Shown here piece by piece: positions 18,080 through 25,874 of a stretch of DNA of 45,231 nt. The DNA is from Kiritimatiellia bacterium (GTDB lineage Bacteria; Verrucomicrobiota; Kiritimatiellia; RFP12; DVOR01): the NCBI GenBank assembly GCA_034178815.1, contig JAXFQS010000077.1, positions 1 to 45,231 of the forward strand, written 5' to 3'. Below the pieces are notes generated by a model. The model did no database searches, was not told where the DNA came from, and saw only the letters and a program-made list of their open reading frames with translations. The translations under genes were made by a program, and so were the position numbers. Each line of letters opens with the position of its first letter. The stretch's first letter is position 1.

Positions 18080-19399
18080 TCAGAGCGTCCCGGATTGCAG
18101 CCGCAGGGCGGTTTGGCTCATACGACTCAGGACGCGTTCGCGCCCCAGCAGGACGAGCAGTTCGAAGAGACCGGGGCCCTCCATTACGCCGGAAACGGCG
18201 ACGCGCACGGGATGCACATAGGCCCCGAGGTTCTTTCCGGTCTGCTCGGCCAGTGCGTGCAATGCGGCTGTGGTGGAATCAATCGTCCAATCCTGGACTT
18301 GCTCGAAAGCCGCCTGGGCGGCAAGCAGATTGTCCAGCGCGCCGTCGCCTTTGAGGCGCTTGGAAACCGCCTTGTCGTCGAAGGGGTATGCTTCCGTGAA
18401 GCAGTAGACGCAGTTGCGGGGGAAGTCGGAGAACTTCTTGGTTCGCGGCTGGATTTGGTCGAACAGTTCCTGGGCCATTCCGTTGAGGGGTTCTCGGGGT
18501 AGTCCTGCGGCGTCCAGGCGCGGGAGAATCTCGTCCAGGTAGGCGGCGCGAGGCATACGGGCAATGTATTCGCCGTTCATCCAGGTGAGTTTTTTCAAGT
18601 CGAAGCGGGCGGCGGAGGATTTGCAGCGGTCGAGGGTGAAGGCGGCTATCAACTCCTCGCGGCTCATGATTTCCCGGTCGTCGCCGGGGGCCCATCCAAG
18701 GAGGACGAGGAAGTTGAAGAGTGCGTCGGGGAGATAGCCTTGTTCGCGGAATTCGCCGACGAAGGCGGCGCCGTCGCGCTTGGAGTAGGGTTTGCCCATG
18801 TGGTTGACAATCATGGGCAGGTGGGCATACTGCGGGGGCTCCGCGCCGAGGGCTTTGAAGAGTTCGATATGCTTAAAGGTGTTCTCGACATGGTCGTCGC
18901 CCCGTATTACATGGGTCACGCCTTGCGTGATGTCGTCGACTACATTAGCTAGGTGGAAGACTGGCGAGCCGTCGGAGCGGACGATGACGAAGTCCTGCGT
19001 GTCGGTGGCGTGCTTGCGCATCTCGCCCTTTACCAGGTCTCGGTAGGCGACATCGCCGTCTTTGGGCATGCGGAAGATGACGCAATCTCCCTTGCCGCCT
19101 TTGTTCTCTTTGTAGGCGCGCCCGTCGGCCAGCAGTTTCTCGGCGGCGGCCAAATGTTTCTTGACCTGGGTGGTCTGATAGACGACCGGCTCGTCGTAGT
19201 CGAGTTTCAGCCACTCCATGCAGTCCAATAGGGTGCGGATTGCCTCCGGAGTGGAGCGTTCCAAGTCGGTGTCCTCGACGCGCAGGAGGAAGGTTCCGCC
19301 CGTGTGACGGGCGTAGAGCCAGTTGAAAATGGCGGCGCGGATATTGCCGATGTGAACATTGCCGGTTGGACTGGGGGCAAAACGGACTCTGGGCTTCAT
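18080..19399 (-). CDS. gltX: Glutamate--tRNA ligase
   Basis: RFAPSPTGNVHIGNIR (HIGH motif), class I catalytic core, KMSKS-like GKPYSKRDG. Lies 10 nt upstream of the DUF1846 gene. Confidence 0.9.
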   Translation of the reverse strand: MKPRVRFAPSPTGNVHIGNIRAAIFNWLYARHTGGTFLLRVEDTDLERSTPEAIRTLLDCMEWLKLDYDEPVVYQTTQVKKHLAAAEKLLADGRAYKENKGGKGDCVIFRMPKDGDVAYRDLVKGEMRKHATDTQDFVIVRSDGSPVFHLANVVDDITQGVTHVIRGDDHVENTFKHIELFKALGAEPPQYAHLPMIVNHMGKPYSKRDGAAFVGEFREQGYLPDALFNFLVLLGWAPGDDREIMSREELIAAFTLDRCKSSAARFDLKKLTWMNGEYIARMPRAAYLDEILPRLDAAGLPREPLNGMAQELFDQIQPRTKKFSDFPRNCVYCFTEAYPFDDKAVSKRLKGDGALDNLLAAQAAFEQVQDWTIDSTTAALHALAEQTGKNLGAYVHPVRVAVSGVMEGPGLFELLVLLGRERVLSRMSQTALRLQSGTL

Positions 19400-19582
19400 C
19401 TCATCAACCTTGGAGGGAAAATAGCAGAAGGGGGAAGTCTACCCCCTATGGCGGCAAAAGTCAATGAAAAAGGTTCGCGCCACTCCAGCAGGCTCGTTTT
19501 CCCGTCGTCAAACTCGGGAAAACAACCTTTCGGGGGCTGGGAAAAGCCCTAGGCGCACGGCTTGATTGGATTCCGGCCCAAA

Positions 19583-19674
19583 GGTTGCCAGCAACGCCCC
19601 CAAAAGGTGCCTACCTTCGGGGATGACACCTGCCTACCTCCACCCCCAAGAGGTGCGTACCAACTGCCCCCGTC
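19583..19674. repeat. Four phased 23-bp box repeats
   Basis: Units: ggttgccagcaacgcccccaaaa (19583), ggtgcctaccttcggggatgaca (19606), cctgcctacctccacccccaaga (19629), ggtgcgtaccaactgcccccgtc (19652). The 13-mer acacctgcctacc (19626-19638) is identical to 22377-22389. Confidence 0.6.
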
Positions 19675-19681
19675 CGATGGC

Positions 19682-20887
19682 TTAGCCCACGGCGGGAATC
19701 GGAAGCGTTTCGCCCCCCTTCTCGGCGCTCAAGTGGGCATAGATGCCGGCAATCGTGGCATTCAAAGACGAGACCACATCGCAACAGGGCGTGTGGTTCT
19801 TGAGGAGAATCGCGCGGATAAAATCGTCTGTCAAATAGCCGTGGCTCCCCCCGTGATCGCCGGCCGGCATGCCAGGCGGAAGCTGGGGCTTGCGCCACGC
19901 CACCCGTTCCAAAGCCAGAGGGTCGCCCAAGAACGCCATCGAAGCATCGTCATAAGAACCCTTCGTGCCCCAAATGCGCCCCCTCTCGCCATTGCGCGAA
20001 AGCACATCGTAGGCCACCAGCATCCGGGCCGCGCCCCCCTCCTCCGTCTTGAACAACGCAAACTCGCTACCAAAACGATTCCCATAGCGGTTCGGACGGG
20101 AATAGCACGGCAACACGCTCGGACGGGCAATGCAGGAAACCTCCGTCAAGCGGCGATGCGTCGTGAAAATGTAGTATCCCGTCGCGTGCGTAGCATAGTA
20201 GAGCGGCGGCAGACAATCGCGCCATCCCTTGTAACTGCCGACCCCCAAACCATCCCTCAAGTTGGCGCAGTGGAAATACTCCCCCTCGCAGTAGACAATA
20301 GCCCCCATCTCCCCCGCCTCGTACAGCTTGCGCATCGTATGGCACGACTCCCTGAAGGCAGTCGTCTCGTTCATCTGGTAGACCTTCCCGCTCGACTTGA
20401 CCGCGGCAAGCAACCTAGGCACCAAGTCCAACTGTTCCTTCCCCAGCAAGGCAGGCACAGCCGAACAGACATGCAAACCATGCTCCAGCGCCAGAATGGC
20501 AAGTGGGGCATGACTGGGCGCATCCGTGGCAATATAAAGCGCCTCGACCTTATCCTCCGCCGCATGCCGAATCAACTCTTCGCAACTAGCATAGGTACGC
20601 TTCGCCCCCGTGCGTTGCTGGAGCAGACGGCACCGCGCAGGATCCAAGTCCGTACAGGCAACGACTTCAACATTCGGGTGGTTTTGGTAGCCAAACGCCG
20701 ACCCGAAACAGCACACACCTTCGCCCGCGATTCCTACCCGCACCTTGCGCTCGGAGAAAGGTTTACAAGCCTCCAAAGCAACCCGCCCCGGAGAGGAATC
20801 ATTGAAATCGCCCTGCCTAGCGGTTGCGAGCCCAGCAGAGGCGAGAATAGCCATCCCCGAGCCTAGGAAATTGCGTCTTCCTGTCAT
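19682..20887 (-). CDS. Tat-signal Gfo/Idh/MocA-family NAD-binding oxidoreductase (paralog 1)
   Basis: Twin-arginine leader MTGRRNFLGSG. Rossmann VRVGIAGEG..FGS. Highly similar to the adjacent gene. Confidence 0.85.
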   Translation of the reverse strand: MTGRRNFLGSGMAILASAGLATARQGDFNDSSPGRVALEACKPFSERKVRVGIAGEGVCCFGSAFGYQNHPNVEVVACTDLDPARCRLLQQRTGAKRTYASCEELIRHAAEDKVEALYIATDAPSHAPLAILALEHGLHVCSAVPALLGKEQLDLVPRLLAAVKSSGKVYQMNETTAFRESCHTMRKLYEAGEMGAIVYCEGEYFHCANLRDGLGVGSYKGWRDCLPPLYYATHATGYYIFTTHRRLTEVSCIARPSVLPCYSRPNRYGNRFGSEFALFKTEEGGAARMLVAYDVLSRNGERGRIWGTKGSYDDASMAFLGDPLALERVAWRKPQLPPGMPAGDHGGSHGYLTDDFIRAILLKNHTPCCDVVSSLNATIAGIYAHLSAEKGGETLPIPAVG

Positions 20888-20911
20888 CTTTCCTACCCTT
20901 CCTGAGCCGCC

Positions 20912-22123
20912 TTAGATTTGCGGAATCTTGAGCGTTTCGCCCCCTTTTTCAGCGGAAATATGAGCATAGACGCCGGCAAGGGTGGTATCCAGCGCAGTCT
21001 TGAGGTCAACACAGACCTTGTGGCCGGGAACAAGAATGCCGCGGAGGAAATCGTCGGTCAGATAGCCGTGGCTTCCCCCGTGCGCGCCGGCGTCGACACC
21101 AGGCGGCAATAGAGGCTTGAGCAGGTTGACTTTGGCAACGATTTTCTTGCCCGAATCGAGGCCGTGGAAGCCTGTGGTATAACTGCCCAGTGTGCCGTGA
21201 ATGCGTCCGACTTCGCCGTGGTAGCCGGGGGCGTCCCAGACAACGGCCATACGCGCAGTACTGTTATCGGAGGTCTTGAAGAGGGCAATCTCGGAGGCGA
21301 ATGGGCTGCCATAGGCGTTGGCGCCGCCTTTGAAGTCTGGAAGGTCGCTCCTAATGCCGTGGCAGGCGACTTCGGTGAAGGAACCGTGGGTAACGCAGGT
21401 GTAGTAGCCGTTCGAGTGGGTTGGATAGTATTGGGGCGGAAGGCCCTTGCGCCAGTTGTTGTAGGAAGGTATGCCGGTCGTGCCCCAGTAGTGGAAGTAT
21501 TCGCCCTCGGTGTAGACGGGGGAACCGAATCCGCCTGCTTCAAAGATGCGTCGCATGGCGTAGCAGGAGGCCCTAAAGGCGGTTGTCTCGTTCATCATAT
21601 AGAGTTTACCGCTGGCCTTGGCGGCATCAATCATGCGGGGGACGAGGTCGAGTTGCTCTTTGCCGAAGAATGCGGGCACGGCGGAGCAGACATGGAGTCC
21701 ATGCTGGAGGGCAAGAATGGCCAGACGGGCGTGGCTGGGCGCGTCGGTGGCGATGTAGAGGGCCTCCAACTTGTCCTCCGCCGCGTGGGCAATCAACTCC
21801 TCGCAGCTGGGGTAGGTCTTTTTCGCGCCGGTACGCTTCTGAAGGAGGCTGCACTTGGCCGGATCGAGGTCGGTGCAGGAGACGACTTCGGCGTTGGGGT
21901 GGTGCTGATACTCGAAAGCGGAGCCGAAACTGCAGAGTCCTTCGCCGGCGATACCCACGCGCACCTTCCGTTCGGAGAAGGGCGTCCACTTCGTCCCCGA
22001 AAGTTTCCCGGCGTCACGCTCGTCGAACCCTTGGATAGGCTTGCCTTTCGTACCCGCCGCATAGCCTGCTGAGGCGGCCAAAATAGCCGCACCTGCCCCC
22101 ACAAACGCCCTTCTTCCAATCAT
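20912..22123 (-). CDS. Tat-signal Gfo/Idh/MocA-family NAD-binding oxidoreductase (paralog 2)
   Basis: Twin-arginine leader MIGRRAFVGAG. AGGAGG lies before the ATG. Long identical blocks with paralog 1 (FSERKVRVGIAGEG, LYIATDAPSHA, GLHVCSAVPA, MNETTAFR, GGSHGYLTDDF, SAEKGGETL). Confidence 0.85.
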   Translation of the reverse strand: MIGRRAFVGAGAAILAASAGYAAGTKGKPIQGFDERDAGKLSGTKWTPFSERKVRVGIAGEGLCSFGSAFEYQHHPNAEVVSCTDLDPAKCSLLQKRTGAKKTYPSCEELIAHAAEDKLEALYIATDAPSHARLAILALQHGLHVCSAVPAFFGKEQLDLVPRMIDAAKASGKLYMMNETTAFRASCYAMRRIFEAGGFGSPVYTEGEYFHYWGTTGIPSYNNWRKGLPPQYYPTHSNGYYTCVTHGSFTEVACHGIRSDLPDFKGGANAYGSPFASEIALFKTSDNSTARMAVVWDAPGYHGEVGRIHGTLGSYTTGFHGLDSGKKIVAKVNLLKPLLPPGVDAGAHGGSHGYLTDDFLRGILVPGHKVCVDLKTALDTTLAGVYAHISAEKGGETLKIPQI

Positions 22124-22333
22124 TTCGAACCTCCTGGTTGGTTGTCCCTTAAAAGTTGCCGGCCCTTGGGCGAAGTCTAGCCGAATCCATCCGGACGCGC
22201 TCGATCACGCGACAAGATAGCCGGTGGCAATCTGCGCCAAGGACACAAAACCGATATTCTTGAGTGTACCACGGGAAGACGGAAATTGCAACCCCATTCT
22301 GCGCAGTTCCCCAGCCATTCTTCCGCCTCAAAA

Positions 22334-22448
22334 GGTTCCAACCTGTCCGAGCGATTTCTGCCAACCTATCGACTCCACACCTGCCTACCACAGCCCCCTC
22401 AAGGTTGACATCTCTGCAAGCAAAAGGTTTTCCCCCATTCCCCTCAAC
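22334..22448. repeat. Five phased 23-bp box repeats
   Basis: Units: ggttccaacctgtccgagcgatt (22334), tctgccaacctatcgactccaca (22357), cctgcctaccacagccccctcaa (22380), ggttgacatctctgcaagcaaaa (22403), ggttttcccccattcccctcaac (22426). A weaker unit lies at 22311. Confidence 0.6.
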
Positions 22449-22475
22449 GCCCCGCCCATCTCCCAGCCGAACCGC

Positions 22476-23099
22476 CTACAGCCGCACCATCCGCTCGACA
22501 ATCACTCGAGCCGCATCCACCTTCGACATCAACGGCAGGCGCTCCACCCCAGAGACCGTAACCAATGTGATCCGATTCGTCTCGACTGCGAATCCACAGC
22601 CCGGCTCCGAAACATCATTGGCGCAAATCATATCCAGCCCCTTATCGCGCAGTTTGCGCGAAGCCTCTGCCAAAGGCTCCCCCGTCTCCGCCGCGAATCC
22701 GACAAAGATTCGCCCCCCCTTCAACGGCCGCAGACGCGAAAGAATATCCGGATTCGGCACCAATTCCAGCGTCCCAGACATCGCCGACTTCTTCAACTTC
22801 ACTGGCGATGGATTCTTAGGCCGCCAGTCCGCCACAGCCGCACACATCACCAGCGCGTCGGCAGACGGCAGAAGTTCCTGCAAGACCGAAAGCATCTCAA
22901 GCGCCGACACCACATCCCGCCGTTCCACCCCATCGGGCGTCGGCAAAGCAACCGGTCCCGCCACCAAAGTCACACGATGCCGAAGTTCCGCCGCTGCCTG
23001 CGCAACCGCAAAGCCCATACGCCCCGTCGAACGGTTGGATAGAAAACGAACCGGGTCAATCGCCTCGCGCGTCGGCCCCGCAGTCACCACAATCCTCAC
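22476..23099 (-). CDS. coaB: Phosphopantothenate--cysteine ligase, stand-alone CoaB domain
   Basis: [29 protein letters not shown]..., AAVADWRP and GFAAET match the CoaB half of Dfp. GTG 23099 lies 26 nt after the upstream stop. The 60-codon Gly/Ala-rich upstream extension of the track ORF has no flavoprotein (CoaC) features. Confidence 0.75.
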   Translation of the reverse strand: MRIVVTAGPTREAIDPVRFLSNRSTGRMGFAVAQAAAELRHRVTLVAGPVALPTPDGVERRDVVSALEMLSVLQELLPSADALVMCAAVADWRPKNPSPVKLKKSAMSGTLELVPNPDILSRLRPLKGGRIFVGFAAETGEPLAEASRKLRDKGLDMICANDVSEPGCGFAVETNRITLVTVSGVERLPLMSKVDAARVIVERMVRL

Positions 23100-23125
23100 G
23101 GCAGACTCTCCACAACCACACGCCC

Positions 23126-23743
23126 CTAAGCAGCCCCCCGCCCCAAGCCAAAACGCAACAGATACTGCTCCGCCAAACGCACCGCATTCGCCCCCCCCGA
23201 TAGCCCCAAAACCTGCCGAACCCTGCCATCCGCCCCCAACAGCACATCCAGTTCCAACCGCCCCGCCGGAAGCCTCCATTCAGGCCGCTTCCCCGCAAAA
23301 CCAAACCCCGCCCGAACCAACGCCCCGTCCGGAATCAGACGCACCGAAGGCCCCCTTGCCTCCACCTTTGGGGGAACGGGCGCAACATCCAAAGGCAACA
23401 AATCGTTCGGACGAAACGCCCCCTCGGGAATCTTCGCCCCCCCCCGAAAAGGCAACTCCAAAGCCTGCCCCCGCAACTCGTCCAGAGGCAACGGAGACAA
23501 GACCAAAGCCCGTCCGAAAAAACGCTCCAGCGCATCCGTTGCAAGCCGCCTATGCGCCGTATAATCAGGCCTAGCCGCCAGCAACCGGGAAGCATCCCCA
23601 AACCAATAGGATACCGGAGGCAAAACCGCCTCCTGCGTACCCGCATCCCCTGCAGGATGCCGCGAATCGGCCAAAATCCCCCACAGCATCGCCAGCAGAC
23701 ACCCCGCAAGAATCCCTCCAAGCCAACCAATGCGACGGATCAT
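23126..23743 (-). CDS. Membrane-anchored hypothetical protein; possible TonB-like partner of ExbBD
   Basis: The start is taken at [24 protein letters not shown] (N-terminal TM anchor), 4 nt after the exbD stop. It has a Pro-containing linker. The TonB call rests on position after exbB-exbD; C-terminal similarity to TonB is not clear. Confidence 0.4.
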   Translation of the reverse strand: MIRRIGWLGGILAGCLLAMLWGILADSRHPAGDAGTQEAVLPPVSYWFGDASRLLAARPDYTAHRRLATDALERFFGRALVLSPLPLDELRGQALELPFRGGAKIPEGAFRPNDLLPLDVAPVPPKVEARGPSVRLIPDGALVRAGFGFAGKRPEWRLPAGRLELDVLLGADGRVRQVLGLSGGANAVRLAEQYLLRFGLGRGAA

Positions 23744-23747
23744 GACC

Positions 23748-24200
23748 TTACTGCGGCTTCTGCACCAGATTGATTCGTGCCACCCCCGCGCGGCGCAACG
23801 CATCCACCAGCCCCACGACCAGCCCGTGGGCCAATCGTCGGTCAACCAAAAGATTCAACTCCTTGCGCCCCTCCGCCAACATTCCTACCTTCCTTGCCAG
23901 TTCAGACCAGCCGCCCCCGGCATCCGCCATATACCGCGCATCGTCGAAAAATACAGCCATCACCGTGTCCCCCTCCGCACGCTCCACCGGCACCGCCACC
24001 ATCATCAGCCCACGCAACATTCCCTCGCGCAATTCCCCCCCCGCCTCAGGCACCGCCACACTCCCTGGAATCACAGAGACCGAACCCGAAAGCACAAACG
24101 CCCCCCCCAACAAGACAAATACCGACAGCCACGGCACCAACAGCCAAAAGCCGCCCGAAGCCTGATACCTGTCGCGAGGCGTGAAGTCAAAGGGTCTCAT
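23748..24200 (-). CDS. exbD: Biopolymer transport protein ExbD/TolR family
   Basis: About 150 aa with a single N-terminal TM helix and a periplasmic domain ending ...LVDALRRAGVARINLV. Overlaps the exbB stop by 14 nt. Confidence 0.7.
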   Translation of the reverse strand: MRPFDFTPRDRYQASGGFWLLVPWLSVFVLLGGAFVLSGSVSVIPGSVAVPEAGGELREGMLRGLMMVAVPVERAEGDTVMAVFFDDARYMADAGGGWSELARKVGMLAEGRKELNLLVDRRLAHGLVVGLVDALRRAGVARINLVQKPQ

Positions 24201-24816
24201 ACCCCTCTTCCTTGCTTCCGGCGAAATAGCGAAATAGCGTCGCCGTCCCCGCCGTCAAATCCTGAGCCAGCCGCGCAAGCTGCTCCGAGAGGATATGGTG
24301 TAGCACATAACAGAGTGTCGCAACTATCAATCCGGCCGCCGCCGCGCCTATCGCCCCGCCCAGCACATTGGCGAAGACGGAGGGTGTCATAACCGGCGCG
24401 TTGGAGGCGATCGAATACAGCCCCGAACGAATTCCGAAGATTGTCCCGACCAGTCCTAGAAGGGGGGAAATGCGGGCAATAAGCAGTAGCACCGAGATGC
24501 GCCGATTGAGTCTTTCGATCTCCTCTTGTCCCACTACGGCGAGGGCATCGTGGAGCACCATCGGGGAGTCATCGCGCCTTGCCAAAGCCTCCCTTGCAAC
24601 CGCAGCCAATGGGCCTGGAGCCTCTTCGCAGATGGAGATTGCTTCCTCCAGGCTACCCTTGTCCATAAGGTTGAGCACGCCCTGGAGGAAGGAAGAAGGG
24701 TCGACCATTGCGCGACGGAACCGGAGGATCCTGTCGAGAAAGACGAGCAGGGACGCCAAGGCGCCGACGCTCAGGATGATGACAATGCCGCGGGCGGCGA
24801 GGAAGTAATCCATCAC
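24187..24816 (-). CDS. exbB: MotA/TolQ/ExbB proton-channel family protein
   Basis: Three-TM topology with the conserved C-terminal ...ISPLLGLVGTIFGI... and ALIVATLCY segments. The start is GTG 24816 or ATG 24813, overlapping the rlmN stop. Confidence 0.8.
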   Translation of the reverse strand: MMDYFLAARGIVIILSVGALASLLVFLDRILRFRRAMVDPSSFLQGVLNLMDKGSLEEAISICEEAPGPLAAVAREALARRDDSPMVLHDALAVVGQEEIERLNRRISVLLLIARISPLLGLVGTIFGIRSGLYSIASNAPVMTPSVFANVLGGAIGAAAAGLIVATLCYVLHHILSEQLARLAQDLTAGTATLFRYFAGSKEEGYETL

Positions 24817-25874
24817 TGTGGTTGCTCCATTAGTCTCCGGCGCAGTTGTCCGCAGGCGGCCGAGGCGGACTTGCCTCTGGATCGGCGCAGGGTGGTGTTG
24901 ATGCCGGAGGTGGTGAGTATCTCCTGAAAGGCGCGGCAGGAAGCTTCGTCCGGGGCGGAGCCGTTGAACTCTTTGACGGGGCTCAGCGGGATGAGGTTGA
25001 CGCGGCCGCCGGGTTCGCGCAGGAGGCGGACGAGTTCGCGGGCGTGGGAGGGAGATGCATTGAGTCCGTGGACGAGGGTGTATTCGAATGTGACGATGCG
25101 GCCTGTTTTCTGCGTATAGCGACGGCAGGCATCCATGAGGTCGCGGAGTGGCCAGGTTCGGTTGACGGGCATGATTTGGGAGCGGAGGGTGTCGTTGGGG
25201 GCGTGGAGGGAGACGGATAGTTCAAACTGGACGCCTTCGTCGGCTAGGCGGTCGATGCCGGGCACAACGCCGCAGGTGCTGATGGTTATATGCCGGGCAC
25301 CGATGTAGAGGCCTTGGGGGGCGTTGAGGATTTTGAGGGCTTTGAGGGTCTCGTCGTAGTTGTCGAAGGGTTCGCCCATGCCCATGACGACGATGTTGTT
25401 GGGCCTTGTGATGTCTTTGGTCTGAAGGGCACTCTGGCGCATGTGGCGGCACGCGGCGAGGACTTGTCCAACGATTTCATCGGCCCGAAGTCTGCGTTTG
25501 CATCCGAGTTGTCCGCTGGCGCAGAAGGCGCATTTGAAGTTGCAGCCGATTTCGGTGGAGATGCAGAGGGTAAGGCGGTCGTTCTGGGGGATGTAGACGC
25601 TCTCGAGGATTTCGCCGTCGAGGCAGCGGTGGGCGAACTTTTTGACGCCGTCGCCGGCTTCGTCGCAGGCGATTTGGTGGAGAGTCTGGATGGGGTAGTC
25701 TTGTTCGAGACGGGCGCGGAGGGGGTTCGGGAGGGTGGTGGCCTGGGACCAGTCTTGAATCTGGTCTCGGTAGAGTGCGCAGGCGATTTGCCTACCGCGG
25801 TATCGGGGGATGCCTAAGGTTTGGCAGATGGAGTCCCACTCTTCGGGATGGATGGCGTAGGCTCCGGCAATCAT
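24813..25874 (-). CDS. rlmN: 23S rRNA/tRNA (adenine-C2)-methyltransferase, radical SAM
   Basis: The start is taken at MIAGAYAIHPEEW (ATGA overlap with the upstream stop). YRGRQI, radical-SAM CNFKCAFCASG, MGMGEP, and the C-terminal Cys in SAACGQL. Confidence 0.9.
   Translation of the reverse strand: MIAGAYAIHPEEWDSICQTLGIPRYRGRQIACALYRDQIQDWSQATTLPNPLRARLEQDYPIQTLHQIACDEAGDGVKKFAHRCLDGEILESVYIPQNDRLTLCISTEIGCNFKCAFCASGQLGCKRRLRADEIVGQVLAACRHMRQSALQTKDITRPNNIVVMGMGEPFDNYDETLKALKILNAPQGLYIGARHITISTCGVVPGIDRLADEGVQFELSVSLHAPNDTLRSQIMPVNRTWPLRDLMDACRRYTQKTGRIVTFEYTLVHGLNASPSHARELVRLLREPGGRVNLIPLSPVKEFNGSAPDEASCRAFQEILTTSGINTTLRRSRGKSASAACGQLRRRLMEQPQ

Noticed and set aside
19562-20866. Long antisense ORFs opposite real genes. 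Examples: 19562..20866, 14588..15805, 16468..17364, 17416..18354, 21164..22072, 22264..23574, 28726..29958, 34988..35845, 36258..37630, 37707..38780 and 41503..42468.
   Set aside because: Stop-codon-poor antisense frames are expected in high-GC DNA. The products are low-complexity (Arg/Pro/Gly/Ala-rich) with no motifs, and each lies fully inside a well-supported gene on the other strand.
22149-22391. 80-aa ORF (minus strand) in the coaB/Gfo spacer
   Set aside because: It has no RBS, its composition is unlike coding sequence, and it overlaps the box-repeat array. It is probably non-coding.
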